A DNA stretch of 64,000 nt. It comes from Acidobacteriota bacterium. Its GTDB lineage: Bacteria; Acidobacteriota; Aminicenantia; S016-38. The notes below the pieces were generated by a model, which worked only from the letters and a program-made list of their open reading frames with translations, was not told the DNA's origin and ran no database searches. The DNA is taken from the NCBI GenBank assembly GCA_015486055.1, contig WFSJ01000025.1:1189-65188 (forward strand). The letters run 5' to 3'. How positions within the stretch are numbered: the first letter of the stretch is position 1; each line of letters starts with the position of its first letter. A program made the translations under genes and the position numbers. Positions 47,724-57,371 of the stretch are shown here, piece after piece.

Positions 47724-49907
47724 TCACCTCGTTAAAATTCTTATTAATTCCCTGACCTCAGCTACTGAATCTAAGTTATAATTAGCTCTTGACGGGCTCA
47801 AACCTACCTTCAAAGAATATGAACTTTTAGGAAGAACATTAAAGATATCCTCATCTGTCCAATCATCTCCTATACAGAGGATAAAATCCCAATTATTTTT
47901 AGAAAGCCATTCTAATACAGCGCGGCCCTTGTTCACCCCTACAGGTTTTACCTCTATCACCTTATTGCCTTCCATCACTCCAAGATTTAGGTTTGCACTC
48001 AGGTGATAAAGAGCATCCTTCAGCTCACTAATCCTCACAGAGGATAATTTCATATCCGCCTTCCTATAATGCCAGACAAGAGAGAAATTCTTTTCTTCTA
48101 TAAAGGCTCCAGGTGTCCTATCCATGTATAATTCAAGGATTGGTCTGATTTCCTCTTTCCACTCACTTTGGAGCGGCTCTATGGTTTCCCAAGAACCTTT
48201 TCTCTTTTTTACCCACGCCCCGTGTTCAGCTATTAATCCAATATTCAAGGAGCTGAACCACTCATCTATAATTTTCTTATCTCTTCCGCTTGCAATTACT
48301 ATTTCGTTTTTCTTGTCTCTGGCAAGGGACTTTAACAATCTCAAAATTTCCCTATCTGGTTTAGCTTCTTCCGGCCTTCTCGCAAAAGGCACGAGAGTTC
48401 CATCATAATCAAGTATTATCAAACGATTCTTGCCCCTTCTATAAGATTCCAGGAGTTCCTCTCTCTTATTAGATGGAAATTTCCTCGCACGAAACTGCTT
48501 TTGAATATTTTTTATTTGAGAAAGACTACCTATAAAATCTTCAGCCCATCTAAAAATATCATAACGCTTAAGCCTACTTTGCATAATAAGATTTCTCTCT
48601 TCCTTTTCACTCTCAGGCATTGATAACGCCCTTTCTATGGCCTTTGCTATCTCTTCTCTGTTGTTCGGATTTACTATTATTGCTTCTCCAAGTTCAAAAG
48701 AAGCTCCTGCCATTTCACTCAAGATTAGGACTCCGTGTTTGTCTCTCTTTGCCGCTATAAACTCCTTTGCAATAAGGTTCATTCCATCCTTTAAGGGAGT
48801 TATAAGTCCCACATCAGCAATATTATACATAGCTACCAAAGTATAAAAAGAGAGAGCCCTGTAAAAATATCGGATGGGTGTCCAGCCTATTGTGCTATAC
48901 TTGCCGTTGATCTTTCCAATTAATTCGTCTACTTTATGTTTGAGATTTCTATACTGTTCTACTCTTGTTCGCGAAGGAACAGCAATAAGTATAAGTGTTA
49001 CCTTTTCTTTGTATTGAGGATTTTCTTCAAGGAAAAGGTCAAAGGCTTCAAGCCTTTCAGGAATGCCCTTTGTATAATCAAGTCTATCTATAGATAATAT
49101 CACCTTTTTCTCTTCCAATGTCTTCCTGAATCTATTAATTTCTTTCTGCACTCTGTTTTTCTCTAAAGCTTCTTCGAAACGGCGGTAATCAATTCCCATA
49201 GGGAAGGTATCTGTCTTTAATGTCCTGTTTCCTATGATCATCTGTCCAAGGGTATGTTCATAGTTCAAAATGCGGAGAATACAATCAAGAAAATGCTGAA
49301 CATAATCATAAATATGAAATCCTATGAGATCGGCTCCCAATAAGCCTTCAAGAATTTCCTTTCGGTTCGGAAGAAGTCTGAATATTTCATAAGGTGGAAA
49401 AGGTATGTGCAGAAAGAATCCAATTTTGGAATTCGGCAGTTTATCCCTTATCAACTTCGGAAGAAGCATAAGATGGTAATCATGTATCCAGATGGTATCA
49501 TCGGATTTCACATATTTCAGAATGTGGTCCAGAAATATCTTATTCACCCTTTTATACTCTCCCCATAGTTCCTTATCATAGATAACATACTGGGTAAAAC
49601 AGTGAAACAGAGGCCAGATAGTCTTATTACAGAATCCGTAGTAATACGACTCAACATTTTTTTTGGAGAGAAAAACTGGATAGTTATTGTATTGAGAAAT
49701 TAATTTTTCCTGAAGTTCCTCTTTTTCCTTACGATTGAGTTTTTCTATAGGAATACCAGGCCATCCAATCCAGATACTTTCATGAGTTTTAGAGAAAGAT
49801 ACAAGCCCTGTGGTTAATCCTCCTACACTTTGCCGGAAATGTAAGACTCCTTTCCTCTTTTCAACCACAGTAGGAAGACGATTGGAGACAATCATTATGC
49901 GGGACAA
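47724..49907 (-). CDS. otsBA: bifunctional trehalose-6-phosphate synthase / trehalose-6-phosphate phosphatase (OtsA-OtsB fusion, TPSP)
   Basis: The N-terminal GT20 domain (IMIVSNRLP, HDYHLMLLP) is followed by a C-terminal HAD TPP domain (LILDYDGTLVPF, GDDWTDED). Length is 727 aa. Confidence 0.85.
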   Translation of the reverse strand: MSRIMIVSNRLPTVVEKRKGVLHFRQSVGGLTTGLVSFSKTHESIWIGWPGIPIEKLNRKEKEELQEKLISQYNNYPVFLSKKNVESYYYGFCNKTIWPLFHCFTQYVIYDKELWGEYKRVNKIFLDHILKYVKSDDTIWIHDYHLMLLPKLIRDKLPNSKIGFFLHIPFPPYEIFRLLPNRKEILEGLLGADLIGFHIYDYVQHFLDCILRILNYEHTLGQMIIGNRTLKTDTFPMGIDYRRFEEALEKNRVQKEINRFRKTLEEKKVILSIDRLDYTKGIPERLEAFDLFLEENPQYKEKVTLILIAVPSRTRVEQYRNLKHKVDELIGKINGKYSTIGWTPIRYFYRALSFYTLVAMYNIADVGLITPLKDGMNLIAKEFIAAKRDKHGVLILSEMAGASFELGEAIIVNPNNREEIAKAIERALSMPESEKEERNLIMQSRLKRYDIFRWAEDFIGSLSQIKNIQKQFRARKFPSNKREELLESYRRGKNRLIILDYDGTLVPFARRPEEAKPDREILRLLKSLARDKKNEIVIASGRDKKIIDEWFSSLNIGLIAEHGAWVKKRKGSWETIEPLQSEWKEEIRPILELYMDRTPGAFIEEKNFSLVWHYRKADMKLSSVRISELKDALYHLSANLNLGVMEGNKVIEVKPVGVNKGRAVLEWLSKNNWDFILCIGDDWTDEDIFNVLPKSSYSLKVGLSPSRANYNLDSVAEVRELIRILTR

Positions 49908-50001
49908 TTTTCAAAACCCCATAGAAAAAGCATTACCGAACTTAAACAATACCTCATACAATATAATATCATTTTTAGACCCTGTGTAGCAATATGAAAA
50001 T

Positions 50002-53000
50002 CTAATGCTTACCGCTCAAAAGGAATGAAACTGTAGGGGCTATAATCAGTGTGCTCAGGGTTGCAGTTACAAGTCCTCCTATCACAGTTATGGAAAAGGG
50101 CTGGAATATCTTTGAACCCACTCCAATCCCAGTTGCTACAGGGATAATGGCAAAAATTGTCGTTGAGCTTGTCATAAGAATGGGTCTGAGCCTCACAGAA
50201 GCTGCTTCTCTAAGTGCCTGGGCGACTGAAATCCCGGAATTCATTCTCCTGTTTGCAAAGTCCAGAAGCACTATGGCATTGTTCACAGATATTCCCAGGA
50301 GGGTTATAACACCCATAGCCACTGAAATATCAATACCCTGACCTGTTATAAACAGGGTTAAAATGGCACCTACTATGGAAAATGGAGCAGTTATCATAAT
50401 TATCAAAGGTTGAATCCAAGAATGGAATTCAAGAGAAAGTATAAGATATATCAGAAAAATCGCTGCAAGGGCAACAAAAATAAGCTCCAATGCCCCTTTT
50501 ATAATATTTCTATACTGACCTGCTATCTCCACTCTGTATCCCGCTGGAAGATGTAATTTTGCAAATCTCTTCTTAAGATGATTCGCCACGCTGAGAACAT
50601 TTCCCTCCACCTCACCAAGAATTGTCATCTCCCTTTCTCCATTTATCCTTGTAAGTTGCGAGGGAAAACTATCCATTTTTATCTCAGCAAGCCTGCCAAG
50701 AGGAATCATTTCTCCTCTTGTTGTCCTTATGGGAAGCATTTTCAGATTGTCTATGGACTTTGTCCCATAATCAAGGTCTATAAGGACACTTATTTCTTCC
50801 TTCTGCTTCAATATCCTCGTCGCCTCAAGTCCCCAAAAAGCTGCTCGCAGGGTTAAAAGCAGTTCATTTAAATTAACTCCATACTGGGAAAGGCTGGAAC
50901 GGTTTATTCTCACAACAATTTCTGAGATCTTTGCCCTTGATGGATTGAAAATATTGGTTATAGAGCCTTCACTTTCCATAATTTTCTCAACTTTTCCAGC
51001 AATATCTGTAAGTCTGGAAAGTTTCTCTCCGTAAATTGTTACTGCAAAGAAAGATGATATTCCTGAAAGGCTCTCATCCATTTTCTCCTGAGTAGGCTGA
51101 TGATAAAGAAATGCTAACCCTTTGAACTGTGAATATTTCCTCTTGAGGGAGTCTATTATTTCATTTACATTTCGCTTGCGTTCCTTCTTAGCTTTCAACT
51201 TCATCAGGATTTCTCCCCTGTTTACTCCTTCTATTTGGTATCCAACCTCAGGGGACCCAGTTCTCCTGTAAACACAGGAAACATCAGGGTCTGCCATAGC
51301 TGTTCTGTCAAGCTCATCGCCTATACGATTGCTCTCTTTGAGGGAAGTTCCAGGGGGCATTATGTATTCTACAAGTATAGAACCCTCATCAATTGGGGGA
51401 AGAAGCCCAACTCTTTTTATAAAAACCGCAGATAACCCCGCCATGAAAAAAGCGAGGAGGGAAATTCCAATTATTTTCCAGGGATGAGTGAACGAATACC
51501 TCAGAACTTTATCCACCCATCCGGAGAACCCTGATAGAAATTTTTGCCCTGGGACTTTAATAGACTTTGCCTTTTCCTTCCTGAGAAGAACAGGAACAAG
51601 ACTGAGAGAAAGGACAAGAGAGGTTAAAAGAGCAATGCTTATTGTAAATCCAAATGGCCTCAAAAATAGCCCTATTATTCCGCCTACAACAGTAAGTGGA
51701 AGGAATGCAGCAACAGTTGTGAAAGTGCCAGAAGCATCTGGCCCTGCTATCTCCAAGGTTCCCTCTAAGCTTGCATCCTTTTCTTTTTCCCCTTTCTGAA
51801 TATGGCGGAATATGTTTTCTGTAACGACTATCGCATCATCCACTATCATTCCAACAGCTAAGGCAAGGGCTGAAAATGTGATAACATTTAGCCCCACCCC
51901 AAGATATTCCATAAGAGCAAGGGTGGTAAGCAGGGTTAGAGGAATTGTAGCTCCAACTATAAGGGTCAATTTTGTGTCTCCTGTGAAGATAAACAGAATC
52001 AGAATTGCAAGGACAGCCCCAACAAGAAGGTCATTTAATATTGTGTTCCTCGCTTCCCCTATTATTTCTGATTGGTCATAGAACTTCCTTATCCTGACCC
52101 CTGAGGGAACTTGCTTCCTGAACCTTTTAACTGCTTCCTCAACACCTTTCACTACACTTATTGTGCCTGCACCTGGCTGTTTCCTGACTATGAAGGCAAC
52201 TGCTGGAAAAGCATCTCCCATTATCTCATAGTGCCTTTTTACCTTTCCCTCATTAACTCTTACTATAGAACCAAGAAGAACCTTTCCATTCCCTGTTTTT
52301 ATGGGGATAGAAAGGATATCATCTATGCTCATAAGACGGGAATCTCCCCTGAGAGGATATTCCCTGGAACCTCTGCTGATATAACCTTCTGCTTTTGTTC
52401 TGTTGCTTTTTCTAATGCTCTCTTCAAGGTCTGAGATGCCGAAGTTAAACCTCAACATTTCTTCAGGCGGAACATGTATTATGTAAGCTCTCCTATCCCC
52501 TCCAAAAACTTCCACAAAGGAGACCCCCTGGATTCCCATAATCTGATTGCTCAGGTCATATCTCACCATCTTTCTGAGGTTTATCAGGCTTTCTCCTCCT
52601 CCGTAAATAACATAGCCTACTACCTCCTGAAGAGTTGTTCCTATATTTTCAAGTCTTGGAATAGCTTCCCGCGGCAGGATGCCTGAAAGAGAAGAAAGCC
52701 TTGCTTGAACGAGCTGGCGAGCTTCATTCACAGTAGTTCCAGAGGAAAATTCAACAGTTACCTTGGAGATACCCTGAGATGATACTGAAAGCACTCTTTT
52801 TACTCCCTGGATTCCCCTCAGTTCATTTTCAACGGATCTTGTTATCAATATCTCCATATCCTCAGGGGAAGCTCCGGGATAATGAGTTATAACATTTACT
52901 ATAGGAATATTAAGATTCGGGAAAAGCTCAACAGGCGTTTTGAAGATTGAATAAACACCTGCCAGAACTATGAGGGCCACAAAAATATCCATAACTCTTG

Positions 53001-53034
53001 GGTGTTTAATAAGCCAGTGTAAAGTTCCTCTCAA
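50002..53034 (-). CDS. RND efflux transporter permease (AcrB/CzcA superfamily)
   Basis: 1010 aa with 12 TM helices, two large periplasmic loops, and the conserved TM4 region AVGMIVDDAIVVTENI. Confidence 0.9.
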   Translation of the reverse strand: MRGTLHWLIKHPRVMDIFVALIVLAGVYSIFKTPVELFPNLNIPIVNVITHYPGASPEDMEILITRSVENELRGIQGVKRVLSVSSQGISKVTVEFSSGTTVNEARQLVQARLSSLSGILPREAIPRLENIGTTLQEVVGYVIYGGGESLINLRKMVRYDLSNQIMGIQGVSFVEVFGGDRRAYIIHVPPEEMLRFNFGISDLEESIRKSNRTKAEGYISRGSREYPLRGDSRLMSIDDILSIPIKTGNGKVLLGSIVRVNEGKVKRHYEIMGDAFPAVAFIVRKQPGAGTISVVKGVEEAVKRFRKQVPSGVRIRKFYDQSEIIGEARNTILNDLLVGAVLAILILFIFTGDTKLTLIVGATIPLTLLTTLALMEYLGVGLNVITFSALALAVGMIVDDAIVVTENIFRHIQKGEKEKDASLEGTLEIAGPDASGTFTTVAAFLPLTVVGGIIGLFLRPFGFTISIALLTSLVLSLSLVPVLLRKEKAKSIKVPGQKFLSGFSGWVDKVLRYSFTHPWKIIGISLLAFFMAGLSAVFIKRVGLLPPIDEGSILVEYIMPPGTSLKESNRIGDELDRTAMADPDVSCVYRRTGSPEVGYQIEGVNRGEILMKLKAKKERKRNVNEIIDSLKRKYSQFKGLAFLYHQPTQEKMDESLSGISSFFAVTIYGEKLSRLTDIAGKVEKIMESEGSITNIFNPSRAKISEIVVRINRSSLSQYGVNLNELLLTLRAAFWGLEATRILKQKEEISVLIDLDYGTKSIDNLKMLPIRTTRGEMIPLGRLAEIKMDSFPSQLTRINGEREMTILGEVEGNVLSVANHLKKRFAKLHLPAGYRVEIAGQYRNIIKGALELIFVALAAIFLIYLILSLEFHSWIQPLIIMITAPFSIVGAILTLFITGQGIDISVAMGVITLLGISVNNAIVLLDFANRRMNSGISVAQALREAASVRLRPILMTSSTTIFAIIPVATGIGVGSKIFQPFSITVIGGLVTATLSTLIIAPTVSFLLSGKH

Positions 53035-54068
53035 CGATTGTTCTCCTTTCTAAAAGAATGAACAATGAGTATCCCAAAGCCTATCACAATAAGCAACAAT
53101 GCAAGTTCCAAACCATGTATTCTTAGAAAAGCATAGGTGTAGAGCCAGGCCGCATAAGTAAGGCGATCAATCCATTCGTAATCAGGGGAATGCAATCTCA
53201 CAACTTTTATGTTAAGTTTTTCTCCTTTAACACTCAGTTTCAGATAGTGAAAGAAGGAATGGCGAGGGTCAGTACCCCACAATTCAGCTCCAGCTCCGCC
53301 TGTTATTATATAAGGAATCCCTCCCCATTTGCCGGAGAAATAACTGTGAATGTGAGAAGTGAAGATATATGTTACCCTGTATTTTTTAAAGAGGCCAAGC
53401 AATTCTTCTGCAGTTTTCTTAGAAAGACAGTGATGGTGGATTCCTCCCCTCGGGTCGTAAAGAGGAATATGCATGAAAACAAGGCGATGAACACAATCCC
53501 GTGCATTTTTCAGCTCATTCTCAAGCCATTCCCTTTGCCAGAGGCCGAGACTTCCATTGGCATCATCTAAGACTATAAAACATGTCCTGCCTATTTTAAA
53601 AGAATAAAAAAATGGGCCAAAGATTTCATAATAAAGTCCTCGCCCATCCCCTTTTAGCTCATGATTTCCCATCGCAACAAGAAAAGGTTTATGGAAATTT
53701 CTTCTTATCTGCTTGAGAAAATAGCGATATTTCTCCTTTTCCCCATCATATACAAGGTCTCCTATGTCTATAGCAAAAGAAATTTGCCTGTCATTTTCAA
53801 TTTTCGTTAAGAGTTTTTCAAAAACAAAGTGACTGTTTTTATTGTCCCCGAATACAGCAAAGGAAAAATCTTCGGGGTTGGAAATTTTAATTTGCTTTAA
53901 ATTTATGCTGAGCCAATCATGGGCTGGTAAGGGTGAAAACTTATTCCAGACCTCAAGGAAAAGGAGCGCAATTATGGAGAGGGTAAACAGTGCAAATACA
54001 AAAGGAGATTTTTTTGCTGCCTCTTTAAGGAAGAAAATAAAATTTTTAACCCCTTTTTTTCTCATCAA
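53031..54068 (-). CDS. membrane-anchored calcineurin-like metallophosphoesterase
   Basis: MPP motifs are present: FGDNK, IDIGDLVYDG, GNHE, MHIP and TSHIHSY. It has N- and C-terminal TM helices. ATGA-type 4-nt overlaps on both sides link it to the MFP and RND genes. Confidence 0.75.
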   Translation of the reverse strand: MMRKKGVKNFIFFLKEAAKKSPFVFALFTLSIIALLFLEVWNKFSPLPAHDWLSINLKQIKISNPEDFSFAVFGDNKNSHFVFEKLLTKIENDRQISFAIDIGDLVYDGEKEKYRYFLKQIRRNFHKPFLVAMGNHELKGDGRGLYYEIFGPFFYSFKIGRTCFIVLDDANGSLGLWQREWLENELKNARDCVHRLVFMHIPLYDPRGGIHHHCLSKKTAEELLGLFKKYRVTYIFTSHIHSYFSGKWGGIPYIITGGAGAELWGTDPRHSFFHYLKLSVKGEKLNIKVVRLHSPDYEWIDRLTYAAWLYTYAFLRIHGLELALLLIVIGFGILIVHSFRKENNR

Positions 54069-55150
54069 TCAGGGACCTTAAAAACTTTGTTAAAATTCTG
54101 ATTTATCAGTTCATAAGCACCGAGAATTGCGACCTTTTCCCTCTCTTTTAATCCTGAAATGACTTCAACATGCCCGTTATTTTTAAGACCAAGAATTACA
54201 GCCCTTTTCTCATATCTTCCTCCCTTCTGGACGAATATATAAGCTTTATTCCTGTAATACACCACTGCAGAGGCTGGAAGGGAGAGGGAGTTTTTATGAA
54301 TCTCAAGGATTAGTTTTCCCCTCACAGGTTCTCCTGGACTGAGCCCTGAATTAATTTCACTTCCCTCTATCCATACTACAAGCCCTCCTGAAGGTATATT
54401 TCCTGGAAAAGCTCTCTTCACCTTTCCTTTAAGCTTTTTACCCTCCGATGTTATTACAATAGCCTTCATTCCTATTGGAGATTTTAGAATTCTACTGAAT
54501 ATTCTGGCCTCTATTTTGAGGTTAGCGGGGTCAATCACCTCCCCGAGGATTTGTCCTTTCTCAACTTCCTGTCCTGCATTAACCTTTCTGGAGGCAAAAA
54601 TACCGTTAATTGTTGCCCTTACTTTTGTATTTTCCTCAAAAAGCCTCAGCTTCTTTTCTGCTGAGACAAGGGCACCTTTAATCTTTTGAGCATTTTCCTC
54701 TGCCTCCTTTAGCTTATCAAGAGATATTATTCTGGTTTTTACACCTTCCCTTCTCAAAGAAACAATCCTCATAGCAAGGGAATACCTCTTTTTAAGGGAT
54801 TTCGCTCTGGATTTCAGGATTTCCATTTCAGTAGAAATAACAGGGCCACCAAGCTGAAAAATAACTGTTCCTTTTTTTACCCTTTCCCCATCTCTTACTA
54901 ATATTGAATTTATCCTTCCGCTCTCCATGGAAATCAGCTTCACATCACTTTTGCTGAAAGTCAAGCCTAAAAATGGAATACTCCTTACGAAATCTCCACG
55001 AGAAGGATAACCTGTCTTTATAAAAGAAAGCTTGGTTTCGGAAAAATAGGACTTTATCTTCCGGGTATTATGCAATAGCACAAGGGAAAAAGCCCCTGCT
55101 ACGGCAAGAAAAACTATGATAATAATAACTTTTGTAGTTTTGGTTTTCAT
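54065..55150 (-). CDS. RND efflux periplasmic adaptor (membrane fusion protein, HlyD family)
   Basis: A signal anchor and coiled-coil hairpin are followed by beta-barrel domains. The ORF reaches 55240, but the Met at 55150 (MKTKTTKVIII) abuts the TolC-like stop. Confidence 0.8.
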   Translation of the reverse strand: MKTKTTKVIIIIVFLAVAGAFSLVLLHNTRKIKSYFSETKLSFIKTGYPSRGDFVRSIPFLGLTFSKSDVKLISMESGRINSILVRDGERVKKGTVIFQLGGPVISTEMEILKSRAKSLKKRYSLAMRIVSLRREGVKTRIISLDKLKEAEENAQKIKGALVSAEKKLRLFEENTKVRATINGIFASRKVNAGQEVEKGQILGEVIDPANLKIEARIFSRILKSPIGMKAIVITSEGKKLKGKVKRAFPGNIPSGGLVVWIEGSEINSGLSPGEPVRGKLILEIHKNSLSLPASAVVYYRNKAYIFVQKGGRYEKRAVILGLKNNGHVEVISGLKEREKVAILGAYELINQNFNKVFKVPD

Positions 55151-55151
55151 C

Positions 55152-56552
55152 TTATCCTCCAGTTTTCCTTCTTGAAGCTCTGCTATCTCTAAAAGGCAAA
55201 TATCTCCCAGAGACAAGCTCAAGGGCCAATGCAAGGTCACTGAGGTTTTCTTTCAGCCTCAGAAGGGATAATTTCTGTTCAATAAGTTCCTTCCTTGCAG
55301 AGTAAAAGGAGAAGATGTCCGATTCTCCTTTCGCCGAAGCATCTTTTAGGACTGAAACAAGGTGAGCTTGTGCTTTTATATAATTTTCCTTAGTGTGTAT
55401 TCTGGATCTGAGGAATTTCATATCTTTTATAATCTCTACAACTTTCGAACGGACTTCAAAAACTCTAAAGTTATATTCATCATACAATTTTTTTCTTGTG
55501 GCCTTTTCAAGCTCAATTTTACCCCTTTTCCTATTAAAAAAAGGCATCTCAATAGAAACCCCAAAGTTAGAAGTTAACACATTCTCAACATCCATTGCAC
55601 GGGCAAACTTAATGCTTAGTCCCGGGAACTGGGAAAGAACTGCTGCTCTCAATCTTGCCTCCTGACTCTTGTAGCCAATCCTGAGGGCAAGAAGATCAAG
55701 GCGACGGTTTTCAATACCCCTGAGAACCTGTGCGCTGCGAGGAAGACTGCCCCAGCGGGAAAAGTTAACTTCTTCCTGGAGAGACAACATTTTCCCTGGT
55801 GGAATCCCTATTGTTCTGTTTAGAGCAAGTCTCTCTCTTTCATTTTCGTTTTTCAGATTTATGAGAGCGAGCTTCACTCTTTGACATTCTCTCCTTGCAA
55901 TTTCCATGTCTTTGCAATTTTTTCCACCTATCTTCAGAGCCTTTACTATTAATTTCAGGTTCCTTCTTAAAAGGCTTCCTTCTTCCATAACTAAAGGGAG
56001 CATCTTCCCTATCCAGAAAAGGCGTAAGGCATGCAACTTTGCAGCCTCAGCAACCTGCCATTCTTTCCAGGCTATAGAAATTTCAACGGATTTAAGTCTT
56101 GATTTCGCCTCATCTATTTTCGCCCCCCTCGATATGAGCGAAGATAAACCAAAATTTATCCCAAATTCAAAACCCTTAACAGCTTCTTCTTTCCTGCCTC
56201 CTATGGGCTTTTCAAAACCATAGGAAAAAGAGGGGTTGGGAATAAGCCCTGCCTGAATTAATTGAGCCTTCACTATGCCCATTTGGTCACGGACTGCCCT
56301 CAGTTCAGGATTTCCTGCAACAGCAAGAAGAGCAGCTTCATCAGGGGAAATTCCATCTCTCAAATCAATCCTTACAGGCTTCAAAATGGGGTGATTGATC
56401 TTTTTCGCCATTATTTCAAGCTTGCTTATCCTGGGAACAGGTGAGTTCTTCTCAAGCAGAAGAGGATGATAAACTGCACAGCCAGCAAGGAAAAAAATCA
56501 AAAAAGCAGTGGGAAGAAGACACTTTAAAAACTTAGTTAAGCTTTCTTGCAT
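55152..56552 (-). CDS. TolC-family outer membrane efflux protein (lipoprotein)
   Basis: It has a lipobox FLAGC and two TolC-type repeat halves with long helices. Length is 466 aa. Confidence 0.8.
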   Translation of the reverse strand: MQESLTKFLKCLLPTAFLIFFLAGCAVYHPLLLEKNSPVPRISKLEIMAKKINHPILKPVRIDLRDGISPDEAALLAVAGNPELRAVRDQMGIVKAQLIQAGLIPNPSFSYGFEKPIGGRKEEAVKGFEFGINFGLSSLISRGAKIDEAKSRLKSVEISIAWKEWQVAEAAKLHALRLFWIGKMLPLVMEEGSLLRRNLKLIVKALKIGGKNCKDMEIARRECQRVKLALINLKNENERERLALNRTIGIPPGKMLSLQEEVNFSRWGSLPRSAQVLRGIENRRLDLLALRIGYKSQEARLRAAVLSQFPGLSIKFARAMDVENVLTSNFGVSIEMPFFNRKRGKIELEKATRKKLYDEYNFRVFEVRSKVVEIIKDMKFLRSRIHTKENYIKAQAHLVSVLKDASAKGESDIFSFYSARKELIEQKLSLLRLKENLSDLALALELVSGRYLPFRDSRASRRKTGG

Positions 56553-56646
56553 ATTTGAAATTTACTCGCATCGAATTTCCCTGTCAAGCTTTTGGAAAAA
56601 ATGCTATTGTAACCCTTTTCATACCAGAATTTATTGATTTATTGTA

Positions 56647-56655
56647 TGGTATAAT
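56647..56655 (+). promoter_or_regulatory. extended -10 promoter element (TGgTATAAT) for the Cys-rich mini-protein gene
   Basis: TGGTATAAT lies 37 nt upstream of the ATG at 56692. A GAAGG RBS sits 8 nt before the ATG. Confidence 0.4.
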
Positions 56656-56691
56656 TTTGTTTAAGAAAATCACTAAATATTGAAGGTTCTT

Positions 56692-56895
56692 ATGAAAGAA
56701 TGCAAATGGTATCCTGTTTGTCCAATCAAAAGATTTTACGAAGAGGGAAAAATAGATAGGAAGTGGGTGGAGCTTTACTGCAAAGGAAATTGGAAAAGGT
56801 GTGTGCGATACCAAATGGAAGAAGCAGGGGAACCTCATTCGGACTGTATGCTTCCAAACGGAGCTATAGACGAGAAACTATGTAGAGAAAAATAA
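56692..56895 (+). CDS. small cysteine-rich protein (6 Cys plus 1 His; zf-like 'cysteine-rich small domain' type), likely metal-binding
   Basis: MKECKWYPVCP...YCKGNWKRC...HSDCMLPNG...C. The ORF track starts at a TTG at 56680, but the ATG at 56692 is preferred. Confidence 0.45.
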   Translation: MKECKWYPVCPIKRFYEEGKIDRKWVELYCKGNWKRCVRYQMEEAGEPHSDCMLPNGAIDEKLCREK

Positions 56896-56941
56896 GCCAA
56901 TTAACTGAAAATCAGCATTAGAATTCCTCTATTAAGGTATT

Positions 56942-57030
56942 AAGGATTTTCAGATTAGTCTTTCTTCTCATATTGGTTAGAACAGATGACGTGATTATCT
57001 TACAGGGAATTCTTGACGAAAAGAGCAAGA
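56942..57030 (+). repeat. 89-bp direct repeat, copy 1 (carries the MNT-HEPN promoter)
   Basis: AAGGATTTTCAGATTAGTCTTTCTTCTCATATTGGTTAGAACAGATGACGTGATTATCTTACAGGGAATTCTTGACGAAA... is identical over about 80 nt to 57817-57905. TTGACG-17nt-TATTAT (57013-57041) sits at its 3' end. Confidence 0.85.
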
Positions 57031-57056
57031 GGGGATATTATAACAAAGGAGAAGAG

Positions 57057-57371
57057 ATGAAAAAGCGGGAAAGGATAAAGAAAACGATTTTAAAGACAGC
57101 GGAAGAGGAAGGGCTTACAGTCTCTCGTATAATCCTCTTTGGCTCAAGAGCGAGGGGGGAGGCAAAGCGAGACAGCGATTGGGATGTTCTTGTTGTTGTA
57201 GAAGAACATGTTGGCAGAAAGAAAAAGTGGGAACTGGCTGCGGAAATTAGATGCCGTTTAAGAGATATTCCTATAGATGTTCTTATAAAAACAAAGGGTG
57301 AGCTTAAAAAATACGAGAACTTCTATGGAACAGCTACGAGAGAAGCATTAAAAGAAGGAGTGGCTCTTTGA
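57057..57371 (+). CDS. minimal nucleotidyltransferase (MNT; Pol-beta superfamily), antitoxin-type partner of HEPN
   Basis: LFGSRARGEAKRDSDWDVLVVV carries the GS...DxD NTase motif. An AAGGAG RBS precedes the ATG at 57057. The ORF-track start at 56973 lies inside the non-coding repeat. Confidence 0.8.
   Translation: MKKRERIKKTILKTAEEEGLTVSRIILFGSRARGEAKRDSDWDVLVVVEEHVGRKKKWELAAEIRCRLRDIPIDVLIKTKGELKKYENFYGTATREALKEGVAL

Noticed and set aside
56942-57056. ORF-track start (56973) of the nucleotidyltransferase giving an N-terminus MVRTDDVIILQGILDEKSKR
   Set aside because: That segment is part of the 89-bp repeat, which recurs downstream in a non-coding context. An AAGGAG RBS plus the ATG at 57057 gives a standard MNT N-terminus.
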